In this document: positions 21,597 through 34,500 of the stretch, piece by piece
Layout: every line of letters begins with the position of its first letter
How positions within the stretch are numbered: the stretch's first letter is position 1
DNA from: Octopus bimaculoides
Lineage: Eukaryota
Reading direction: 5' to 3'
DNA: 45,939 nucleotides
Assembly: GCF_001194135.2 (NCBI RefSeq)
Contig: NC_068983.1
Span: 88,927,020-88,972,958, forward strand
The notes under the pieces: model-generated
Told to the model about the DNA's origin: nothing
The model's database searches: none
The model's input: the letters and a program-made list of their open reading frames with translations, nothing else
Translations under genes and position numbers: made by a program

Positions 21597-24518
21597 GTAA
21601 GTTTACTGTCTTTAAAATATTTGTCTCTGTTTTCCTGTTGTTATTAAAATGTACTAACCATAAAATATTTATTTGATAAATTCTTTTTAATTTATTCACT
21701 TATTCCTTTCCCCATTTTTAAGGTAGTAGCGATTAGTTCAAGAGAGATTTCGCTTCTAGTTCCAGCAGTTTGAGCGATCGCACACAGGATAAACGGTTAA
21801 TAGCCATTAACTGATGGACAGAAGAAGCGGCACATAGACAATGAAACTTTTTCGATAAGTTGGAACACAGCGTATCATCAATGTGAAGAATTTCTGTGAT
21901 TGTACAGTTCGGGCGCATTCTAGAAATTACACTACGCTCCTATAGAAATTCGCAGATTAATATTATTTATTATGAACATGAAATTTGAAGCATGACTACA
22001 AAATTTAAAGAATCTACGTTAACCCAACTACAGTAAAATTAAAGGTATACAATCGAAAGCCCTCTCGCACTGAGGCACAAATGAAGTTCAAAGTTGTTAT
22101 GTAAACAATTCAGATATGGATCTTCACCGGCTAATTTTGTATACATTAGGGGTCATTATGCAGGCGTTCACTTTGCTAGAAATAGCAAGCTATTATATGT
22201 GTCAACAGATACCAGCCAGTATCGATTTGTGGTAGGCATTGTTAATATTGTGTGAATATAACATATTCTTTTCTTTTTTGTGAGGTTCGAATACAGCTTG
22301 CCGGAAGTATAGGGTAACTACGTCATGTGATTGAAAGAACGATTAGCTCGTACGGGAAGTTGATGGCAGTGCTATTAGATGTAGAAGTAGCAGTGAAGTG
22401 GAGTTGGTGGTATAGGAACGAGAGGATCTAATCTTTTTTTTATTCGCAAAATACGCATTTTTTAAAAGACAGTAAAAAATCTGAAAATCGGCTATAACAA
22501 TATAGTTTTCGGCACTGTCATGGTATTAGCTGTCAGAAGTGGTCGATCCTATTATTTTTAAACTTCAAACTTCATTTGTTTTCTATTTTGATAAATTCTC
22601 TCTGTTGAAAATTATATTTTTATATTTTAAATAATTTGCAATTTCAGAAAATATATTTTTATATTAAATTTGCGTTTTCTACTTTGATAAATTCTACGGA
22701 CACAAACAAAGGTGAACGAGTGATAGATAGATAGATAGATAGAGAAAGAGAGATAGTGAGATAGACAGACAGATAGATAGCTCCGGCTAGTCAGTGGCCA
22801 AAGAATCAACTCAAACCAGCAGTAACGTTCCTTGTCAGTTCTACTTTCAATTCTGACAGCTAATACCATGACAGTGCCTAGTTTTCCAGTCTTATTGCTG
22901 TGAATAAAAAAAAATTGGACGAAAATGTTACAGAAGTTTAAAAATCGAAAACAACTGTATTCTTAGCCAATTTTCTGCATTTAGCAGAGCGGTGTCAACT
23001 TTAAGGTTGTTCCCTGTGAAACTTATAGTTGACTCGTTCATTATAGGTTTTTAAATAAACAGAAATACCTAATCAACATGTATCATCTTACTGTTTCTTT
23101 TGTTTCTTCATTGCTTTTATGTTTTTATTATTTTTAAAAATTTGTTATATTAATATACTTGTCTGCATATGTTTACTTTATGCGTATTTCAGTATTATGT
23201 ATACCTGTCATGTATTTGTGTACATCATTAATATATAAGTGCGTGTGTGAAAAGGGGGCGTCTGTCCCCAAAACTCCAAAGTTGAGTAACGTTTTCATGC
23301 TTGGATTTGTAAACTACGATAAGAATAACACTGGTCGACAAAGAATTTGTCCCAAGAAAAACAATACCTGTATCCTATATGTTTTTGCATGCAGAATTCA
23401 AAAATAATGTCAAATTATCTGTATCACCCACAGTTTCTTTGTTCCATGCGATATCCCTCTCAGTTCCTGTTATGTGGGTTAAATTTCAGTTAAGCTGTTG
23501 AAATGTGTAGCTAACGGTTTAAGAAATACACCTAATTTAAATGTTTATGAATAGAATTAACCTAGTGAAGTTTTAAATCCAGCTCCTGAAGCTTGGCAGT
23601 ACTGAGTTGATGAAAAGTGGAATGTGAACCACTCCAGAGCAGCATGTAGGCCAAGTGGGAATGAGATTTTAGAGAGACACCATCACACAATCAAGGCCAT
23701 GGTGGATAGGGGACAAATTTCACAAATTCATGGAGTATTTTAGTATAATATGTTGCCCTGGTCAAGATAGCCTGACGAGTTGGCCCCATACAAGTCGATA
23801 TTGAGATATGAATGGCAACTTCCATGCATGGTATCACAGCAACTTGTAGAAGAGAGAGAGCAAGTGCCTGCCTTCATGCATATGTTAGTGATGAAGCTTG
23901 GGTCGAGCCCCTAAATGCATGCTGCACACCTTAATGAGGAAAGGAATAGTAATGGCTGTGAATTACCAGAACAATGTATCTACATCATATCTTGGACATT
24001 TGCAGGATCATCAATTTGTTGGACAACAAAGGAGGAGGAGGAGAGGATACAAGCAGTGCCTCTGCTGAGCTCACAACAGGAGGATGGCAGGCTTTGACCT
24101 TCAGTGAGGTAGTGGGCTTATCTTTGTGATCTATGGGACTGGGAAAGGGAACCTTGCTAGAAGGACAGGAGTTAGTGACATCATGTGATAAGAAGGACAT
24201 TTAGCATAATCCTCTTTTGGCTTTCGAGCTGGACAAGGTTGACAACAAGAAAGGACCTGCAAAGTAGGTGAGTTGCACTTTTCCCCTTGCAACTGTTTTT
24301 AATTTTTAGTAAATGGTAGGACAGAAACAGTACAGTAAATACTTTGCAGTGCTATCTTTTTACCACTATCTTTCATTCTACCTTTGTCAATGATATAAAG
24401 TATCACTGGGGGTGCTTTTTACCCAGACCCCAAAACGAACCTGCTGGAATTGATTCAAATCAGATGTATGTTTGCTTCTTCTCATGTTTGCATTTCTGTG
24501 CTGATATGGGAAATCATG

Positions 24519-24552
<34 letters not shown>

Positions 24553-26036
24553 TACTTCTTTTATTTGTAAAATAAATAATTCTCTGTTAATTGAAATTTC
24601 CTTCTTATTTGGAGAAAGGAAACAAAAATCTAGCAGTAATTAGAGCTTCTGAAAGAAAAGGGCAAATAATTTCAAGAAATTAAGAAATGATTTCACAAAA
24701 TTAAATTACATTTGTTGAATTCCACCTAAGGATTTCCATTTTGTGGTAATTCCACTTTCTTAAAAATGTTATTTCTATTTTGTACACAAATTTATAGATC
24801 TTTATAACATTATGTTAAAGATCTCAGTTATGTTAAAGATTTCATTCCATAGTTAAAAGTATAACACTTGAACACATCATGGTTAAAGAGAATATTTGAT
24901 CTTTGCTGACAGGCAGAAATCTGTGGACATATATCTGTTTTATTGGACCTTATAAGCATAGCATAATCTACTTAAGCCTGCTTTAATCACTCAACAGATG
25001 TTCTTAGAAAATGTAAAAGAGTTATGAAGAATTTTAATCAGTTGTTCTATACAACTAAAACCCATACATAGCTATTCCCTTTTCAGTAAACATCAGAATT
25101 TCCCCTAAACATATTAATTTATTTTATGAAACCATTTCTTGGAATTATCTTCCCTTTATGTGAGGGTCACTTAGTATTCAACCCCATAGTTTTGCCTTCT
25201 TTCTACAACCAAAAGGGAAATTTCAAGTAAGAATATTTTGTATGTGTTATTCAGTATATCATCTCTCAAATTATTTATTTAATGTCATTGATCCACTTGA
25301 ATTATTTGTGAATTTAATGAATGTTTTGTTATTTAGCCCCAAGACAGCAGACATTTAAAATATTTGGCATTCTAGTCATGATCATCCTTCTTTTTTTTTT
25401 TTGTTTTTCATCATAGTTTATCCAAGACTACATTATCCAATGGGTCTTTTAGATTATGATATGGGAGAGGATTTGGCTGTCATAATCTGTCCTAAATCCC
25501 TGTTTCTCTATTAATGATGACTCAAGTGCACCTCCACCACATTCATTTACTGCATTGCTTGTAAAATGTCTCTTATTGTACAGATCCTCTCCTGCTCTCA
25601 AACATAAGGATAGATATGTCATCTTCCCCTTTGGTACTTCTTTTCCTACAATCAACAAAGGTTTTTATTCTTTTAAAATTCTCTCTTCCATTTATTTCCT
25701 CTGGAACCTATACTGTAGATGTCATTTCCATGTGTTTCTTACTGCTGTGCAACTACCTCATATCCTGTATCAAAATCTCCCTATCAATGTTGGAGCTTAT
25801 ACGTAGTTATTTGATCTGCTAAAATTAACAACATATCTCCTTCAAATTTCACCCTGTTACCTTAAAGAGAGGGTATATAATGTATAATGTGGTCCTTGAT
25901 ATCTAAAAAATAAAAAAAATGGGACAATCATGGCCATAATGTTTTTGATAGTATGTATGCTGACCTGGAACTAAACGATTACAAGCCTCTCTATTGTACG
26001 TCTGCTAACCTGCAGCTAAATGACTACAAGCCTTCT

Positions 26037-26069
<33 letters not shown>

Positions 26070-29000
26070 ATATTTGTTGTGCATTCATGCATATACATAA
26101 AGATTTTTCTAGCTTTTTACCTCTTTCTTTTCTCTTTTTTATTTTCAATTTGTTATGTTATTGATCTACATTTCTTCCATGTGTCAGTTTCATTTACATA
26201 CTACACACTTATCTTTGAAGAAATGTCCTACCTGAATGTCAGAACTCACCTCTCATCATAGGACACAAATTTTTATTTGGCAAATATTTTATTTATCTAT
26301 TGCTGTTACAAACCTTTTTTTGTCATTCTTTTGTTTTGTCTAAAAATCAGTAGATTCTCCAAAACCACTGCTAGCCAATGTTAGTCACTCAAATATCAAT
26401 GGAGTTTTCATGATGTCTTTTTATTCATTTTTATTTTGCATTATTTCAGGTATCAGGAACTTATTTCTGTCTTCCAGCAAAAATATGGCGAACAGCCACA
26501 GTTCTTTGTCCAAGCTCCAGGGAGAGTTAACCTCATAGGTTAGTAAGGAATATTTAATCGCTCACTATTGTGTGGGAGTGTGGCATAAGTGCATTGTTTC
26601 TGATAGTTCAGGTTTGGTGAAGAGCTGCATACACAACTGAGTGAGAGTGATCAGATGTAAAGAAGTGATGATGCATTTCTTCAGCTTTAAATTTAGGAGT
26701 CTGAGTTTTTGCTCCTCTAGTCACATTGTAAAGACTCTCCTTCTCCATTCATTTTCCCTTTGAAATCATTGATGTTGGTTTCCTTTTATATATTTTGTAA
26801 GATATTAATTGACATACACACATTTACCCTCTTAAATGGGAGCAAAGTACATAGGATGGCTATTGTGCCATCTGATAAGCAGTGAACTATATTTTTTTCA
26901 CTATCATGAAATAGAAGTAAGTAATGGGAAGGATTTTTGTATATAAGGGTATTGTTTATTTAGATACCAAAAATATTATATTTATCAAAACTGCATCATC
27001 ACTGTTCCGCCTTCTCATATCTTGCCTTCATTAATATCTCATCATCCTCTTCCACTTGATTTCTGTAGGAGAACATATTGACTATTGTGGTTACTCTGTC
27101 CTGCCTATGGCTGTTGAACAAAATATCCTAATTGCAGCAGCTCGTTCTGGCGATGATAAAATATTCGTGGCCAATAAAGACTCAAATTTTGCGTATGTAT
27201 TTATATCTTGATTTAACCAAATATGTTTTACACAATCCTATGGTGCTCAGGGCTTATAGAGAAACCGTGATACCATTTTTGGGAATCTGACTCATAACAC
27301 AAAACTGTGTGTCAGTGCTGTGCTGATAGTAGTGTCTTTAAAAATAAATACAAATATGATGATAGAGTGGACACATCAAGAAAAGATTAAAAACTGAGCA
27401 CTAAGTGGGAGTGGGAGTTGGATTTCCAGATAGTACTCATTTTATTCATCAATCTATGTTTACACATAATTTTAAAATATACAACTGTTTTGATTGATAT
27501 TTTGATTAATCATTAACTAATGGTATTCTTTTATAAAGAAATAATAGCTTTAAAAAGAAAATAAATGTGGTAAAGATGATTGGCTGTTTCTTTCAGCTGG
27601 AAACTATTTTTATTTCTTTGGAGTATTCATTGACTTCTCATTTCTCTGTTCTTCTTCTAAATGTATTTCTTTATTTTACCTCCACTCACAATTTTATCCT
27701 CTTTTATCTTTCATACTCCAGTGACTTTGAGTGCTCCACCAACAACCTGACCATTGCTGAAGGTACAACTTCATGGCACATATATTTCCTGTGTGGTCTT
27801 AAAGCTATTGAGGACAGTGGCCGGCTTCAGCAGCAGATGTCTGGTCTCTACTGTATGGTGGATGGTGTCATCCCAAAAAGTGCTGGACTGTCCAGTTCCA
27901 GTGCTCTTGTTTGCTGTTCTGCACTGGTTGCTGCTTTTGCCAATAATCTCAAGTTCACTAAGGTAGAGATAAAAATATGTATATATGTACATTTTTAACT
28001 CTTCAGGTGTGTGTTCTTGTAGTTGGTCAAAGTGTTGAGTTCTGACCAGATCTTCCTGAATAGATTTAAGGCAAGAAACTAATGAATCAATCAAAAGCAG
28101 CACTTCAGAAATCTAAACACCATAAGTATCTAAAGTATTCTGACCATGACCATCTTTTATTTATCATGGGATATATTTTTCTAAGATTTAGTTCTTAAAA
28201 CATATGGTCATTATTTTAAAAGCAGTTGGTATTAAGAAGAGCATCCAACCATAAAATCCTTGCAAAAACAGATAGGGAAGCTCAGTGCAGTCTTCTGCCT
28301 AGTTAGCTCCTGTCAAACCATCCAATCCATGTCAGCATGGAAAACAGATGTTAAATGATGATGATGATGATGATGTTGTTGGTTTATCAGCTACTTAGTT
28401 TCCTTACTGACTCAAGCTTTGCTTTTGACCTCTGATGGTGTTGCATTGAGAAATGCTATTTATACTATGGTGAAATAATGATTTATCCTGTTACACTTCA
28501 GCAAGATAATGATTTTCTTTTCTGCTGAGAGATAATTCTATGTATACTTCTGGAAATTAATATTTTCAGACAACATAATCTACTTCGTATTTGAAATTAA
28601 AGTGGCTGAATTATTAGAGCTTGTGACAGTTGTCTTATAATATTTAGTTATGGCTATGTTATGTACTGAGTTCAAATCCTGCCTTTGACTTTGTCATCCT
28701 TCTTCTAGTGTCAATGAAGTAAGTACCAGTCAAATATTGGAATCAGTATAATGGTAGACTGCTCCCTTCCCTTTCCCCCAAAATGGTAAACTCTGGCCTT
28801 GTATGTTCAAAATCATTATTATTAAAATTTACTTCTCTACAGTATCTCATGTAGCTCTTATGTTTTTTACTTCAGTCAGAATTAGCCGAGTTGTGTACTG
28901 TCAGTGAACGATATTGCGGTACCCAAGGTGGAGGAATGGACCAATCCATAGCTTTCATGGCAGAAGAAGGTCAGGTAAGAAATTTTCGTAATTTTTGTTA

Positions 29001-31526
29001 TGTTTGGTTTTGCTGGATGATGTGTATGAGATGTGAGCTGCATTCCCACAAAATATATGAAATAACAAAATAGTGAGAGTGGGAAGAAGATCCAGTCACG
29101 TCCAGTAATATATCTGGCTTTTATTTTAATCAATAATGGTCAAATGAAAGGCAAAGTTGACCCTGGCTACATATGAGCCTAGAAGAGAGGGACAAAGCCA
29201 TTCACATAAACTTGAGAAAGAGTTATATGCCTTCCATAAGGGTATGTGTATTAACAATATACTTTTTTTTTATATTACATACCCCTTTACATGCAATGTA
29301 GTATAGACCCAAACTAAATCCAGTAGGTTTTGACCATATTTTAGTCTCATTAATAGCACAAGCTTATTCCTTCACTAATATTAAAATTACATGAATTTTT
29401 ATCAGAAATACTATACATGCATAGTTTTTTTATACAAATAAGAAAAGATAATTAAAAGCTATTTTTTAGTTCTCAAATTTTTTTTAAAATATCGAAACTA
29501 AATTTTTATTCAAACAAAATAAAGTATAATTTAAAAACAAATTATGCAGTCAAGGAAGTGTCAAATTACTAAAACAAATATATGTTGAAAATTCTTTGTA
29601 TTCATTTATTTACATATTTCTTTTGATTTAGGCCAAATTAATAACATTCAACCCACTGAGTGCTACAAATGTCCAACTGCCATCTGGTGTTGTGTTTGTT
29701 GTATCAAACAGCTGTGTTGAAATGCACAAAGCTGCAACGGCCAATTTCAATATAAGAGTTGTTGAATGTAGGCTTGCTGCAAAGGTAGGTTTGAAAGTGT
29801 TTCTCTATAGGATATTACTAGTGAAATTTGGAGAAGAAAAGTGGAAGAAAAAGAATGATTGACATCCATGGTCTTTGCAGATTTAACCTCATTAATTTTT
29901 TTTTTTAATCTAATTTTTTATTTAGTTAGGAATATTTGCTTAAATGTTTTAAAAGGGATTATTTTGATAATTACTTCAAAACATTTATAAATTGAAGTGG
30001 ATTGGCCTGGTAGATAAGATGTTGTTTATGTCTTCACATCTCACTGCAGTCTTCTCATGCATCCATGACATAACAAATCATCAAAATGTGTGGAAAGGTT
30101 ACTACATTTTGGGATTGCTATTAGCATATAGACTGACATCTTGGTTTAAGGATCTCATGTTTAATTTAATCAATAGCTACTCATTTTGATGTGTATGTGT
30201 GTAATGTCAGATTTTTATACACAGATTGCACTAATTTTATTCCACTTTGATTTGTGCCAATTGACATTAATATCAGTCAGAAATCTCTGCAAGTCATTAA
30301 TTTTTTTATACATCATTATTCATTCAATAATAAAATAAATAATAAATATAATACACTGATTTTGCACTAATTTCGTTTATGCTTCCCTCTTGTAGTCCTT
30401 GTATGAAATTCAAGCAGTCTGATATATATATTTCTAGTGTACCTATCCTGTCCAAAATTATAACTGTTTCCCTTTTTGTTTCAACTATTTTCTCCCGATT
30501 TTGGATTATTTAATTTGTATCTTCTTCCAATGACTGAGGAGAAAAATTATAGAGGAAAATGTAAATGCTATAACTTTTACTAATTTTCATTTTTAATTTC
30601 GTTTTAAGAACTAACTCCGTCAATGTATAAAAAATTACCTGTTTGAAGATTAACAGAATTATCTTCCTTATTAAGAGCTGTCGCTTCATTCTACCTACAA
30701 TAGTTGGGGTGAAGTATTGAACATTAGAGTAGAAATATAGGAACAAACAGACGTTTCACATTTTATAAGCAGTATCAGTGAATGCCATATAGTTATATTA
30801 AAGTAAAATGAAAAATTGTTCACTTACCATTGAAATTTCTCTTGCTACAAAATCAGTGACAGAGATAAAACTCTTGACTTTGAACTGAAGTTACATAGGT
30901 TCATATTGTTTCACAATTAAAATAACATCTATATCCAAGTTACTTGTGATTTATTTAATTTTAACGGTTGAGAATTTGTGTTGTAGGATAAGCTGGTTTG
31001 AGTTCCAATATACATGTGCATGTAGATAAAGGAAGAAACAGAAAAACCAGGACGATAAAATGTGATAATTTATTCAACCTGTTAAAGAGCATTAACACGA
31101 CAAAGCTGTTGAGATACATCTTGAAGGAATGGTCAGAATATGTACACGATGTTTTATCATGGAGATGGTACATAATGATGAGATATGCAATGTAGAATAG
31201 GAAAACAAATATGTGACAGAACTTAAAGCATCCAATTGACACGAATGGGTTTGTCAATATGTGAACAGGTCATGTGACCACTTGCAGAAAACAAGCGTAC
31301 AAGCTGTTATGAGCCTATTTAAGCCTAAACAAACAAATGATGAACTTGCTACATAATCATTTCACATTTTATGAGCATTGGCAGTGTTGATTACATGTTT
31401 CCATTAAACCAATCATTGATTCACTACATACCCAGTGGTAAGAATATCAAAGAACTGATATAGGAAATTAGAACAAATAACAGAAAGAATTTATTTTGGA
31501 AACACTAGTTTATAAGTTTTCTCACC

Positions 31527-31575
<49 letters not shown>

Positions 31576-34500
31576 GGTCTGATCAATAAATGTCTGGACT
31601 GTTGCCATAGTAACGAAGCTAAAGCACACAGAGTGAAGCTGCTTGGCAAATATTGACCTTGAACTCTGCTGTGTATGCACACTAAATTTTAACATTCTAG
31701 CTCACATCTTCTGTTTACAGCAGTGCTTGGAAGGAACGTGTGTAGCATGTGATTGTCGCATTGACCATGACAGGGAAAGTTGTCATGACGATACTTGCTC
31801 AGTGGCCTGTGCAAAGTTGCAGAAAGTGTATGGAGAGGAGTGGATGAGTTGCACACAAGTGTATATGTGATTCAGATGTTTCCAAGATGGCCACAAAAAT
31901 GTCGATATTGATGAATGTTCTGGGAGACCCCCAACCAGCAGAACTGAGAAAAACTCCACAGATGTGTATGCAGCTGTGAGGGTAAATTGTTAAATCACCA
32001 TCCATGAGTTATCAGAGGATGTGCAGATTAGTTAGGGTTCAGTTCAGTCAATTATCACTGAAGATTTGGGCATGAGATGCATATCTAACAAGTTTGTGCC
32101 AAAACTGTTTTCAGCTGACCAAAATAAGATGCAGGTTTCAGCTGCACAAGATTTTCTTGATTGTGTCAAGAACGATGAAAACTTTGCGTGGGCCTCTGAG
32201 CAGGTATCACCAAGCTTTTGACAAAATTTGATGCAGATTCTCTGCTTAACTTTCTTTGTCATGGTCAATGCAATGATCACACACCTTCCTTCCAAGCACC
32301 TGCAGTAAACAGGGGAAGTGAGTTAGAACATTAAAACTTAGTGAGCACGCACAGCGAAGTAGCTTCACTCTCTGTGCTTTAGCTTCATTACTATGGAAAC
32401 AGTTTGGATATTTATTGATCAGACCACATATATATATATTATTTTAATTTGCTTTTATAGCTACTGGCAACATATAACCAGATACAATCTGTTGCATGGT
32501 CAGATTGTCAGCAACTAAGCCATCTTGGTGAGATGAGTGGCTTTTGTCTACTCTGCAGGAAGAAAAACAAAACATCAAAGTGCCAATGAACCAAAGGCCA
32601 TCCAGCATTGTGCGTGTTTATATATGTGGGTGTGGGTGTGTATGCACGTGCATGTGCACATGGTAGGTGTAGTACAGGTGGGAACAGTCATTAGTCTCCA
32701 ATTACTTGAGCAGCTACATCTTCCTTTATTCTCAAATAATTTCTATTGGTATCTTTTAGAGTTTTGGTCATCTGTGAAAATGAAAGTAAAATATTTTTAT
32801 ATATTTGTACAAACACTTATATGACAGGCTTCCATGCAGTTTCCATTGACCAAATTCCAAAGGTTATAGTTATTGTGTAGTCACTGATTGAGCAGACTGA
32901 TGATGATAGACATTTCAGCCATAGCTATCCCATTCCTTTTCCAGACACAGTAAGTACAGGATTATATCATCCAAAGTATCCTTTCCTAAAATAGTAGGAT
33001 GTAATCTGAGGGAGATTTGGCTGCTTTTCTGTGATTATGTGATCACAAAGAGAACACACTTATCCAAAGTGTCATATAGTGGGATTACAGTTGGAACCAT
33101 GTAATCTTCATACTGGATCTCTTAATGACACAGCCTTGCTTCTCAGTAGTTCTTTCTGTCTATTTGTAAATAGTTACAATGTTTTATTTACTCAGAATTC
33201 TCAGTCCAAATCCTCCTTTGGACAAAGCCTTGCCAGAATTGATTTTCTCTCATTTTAAAATATTTCAAAGTGCTTCTACTATGCAATATCACTACAGAAA
33301 CTGCCAGCATGAAAACTCTATGAGGTTGCTTGACCTGCTGGAAATAGTGGCCAAATCTTCCTTAAATTACATTCTGTCTTCTTTAAAAAGAATACATTGG
33401 ATAATGTTGTCCAAGGTACACCATGCCTGAAAAAATATTAATAGAGATGGCTGGACTTCTTATAATGGTAGATCTGTTTGATCTGTTATCACTGGGTTAA
33501 GCAACAACAATTGCAAAAGTAATGCAATCTTCATAATCCCTGTTGTTTGTCTTTATAGTAATATAGTTCACTAATTTTTCACGCAGCTGATAGCAAAGAA
33601 GTTAGGTCTAGATTGGCTTCAACTGAAGAAACTTGGAGATGTGCAAAAAACCTTAAAGTATGACTTTCCGCAAATGCTTGCAACTGTACAGCAGTTGTTA
33701 CATGCAGAAGCTTACAGCAAACAGGAAGTGTGTACAGAACTTGGAATTGAAGAAGATGAACTGAATAAAACTAGTCTCTGTGGAAATACACTTCATGGTA
33801 AGTAGTGTTCATTATATATATATGAAGGTGTGTGGCTCAGTGGTTATGGTATTTGGCTCACAATGAGTTCGAATCCTGGCAGCACATTGTGTCTTTGAGC
33901 AAGATACTTTATTTCACATTGTTCCAGTCCACCCAACTGGCAAAAATGAGTTGTACCTGTATTTCAGAGAGCAAGCCTTGTCACATCCTGTGTCATGCTG
34001 AATCTCCCTGAGAACTACATTATGGGTATACTTGTCTATGGAGTGCTCAGTCACATGCACATTAATTTCACAATCAGGCTGTTCTGTTGATCAGATCAAC
34101 AAGAATACTTGTCGTAACTGATGGATGAAAGGGGGAAACACAACTCCTAGATAACTTATTCACTTGTTCTTTCAGTTTAGCCACTTGTCACAAATAAGCA
34201 GACATGATTCATGATGTTGCAGCCAAAATCAATCTCTTTTAATTTCTGACATGGTTTGAAAAGAAATGGATGAGCAAATGGAGACAACATAAGTAGAGAG
34301 GACTCTGCAGACTTTGTGGGAACAAGACAATCTTCCTAGTTCAGATGCCATAATAAAATACATCCAATATATTCTGTAAAGTAATTGGTGATATGAATTA
34401 CTCAGCTGTAAAACATGCAAAGAAAAAAATGTGTGAGATATGCACTTCAATTCATTTAGGGGCACAGTAACTGCAAATAAGAACTGACTTGAGCCATGAC

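Noticed and set aside
22280-22441. Pol III gene (GGTTCGAAT B-box-like motif plus T-run)
   Set aside because: No convincing A-box spacing, cloverleaf or recognisable snRNA/7SK/RNase P motif.
18042-24290. One Gypsy element split by the GALK2 promoter and exon 1
   Set aside because: The two pieces overlap in integrase sequence and are substantially diverged, so they are separate insertions.
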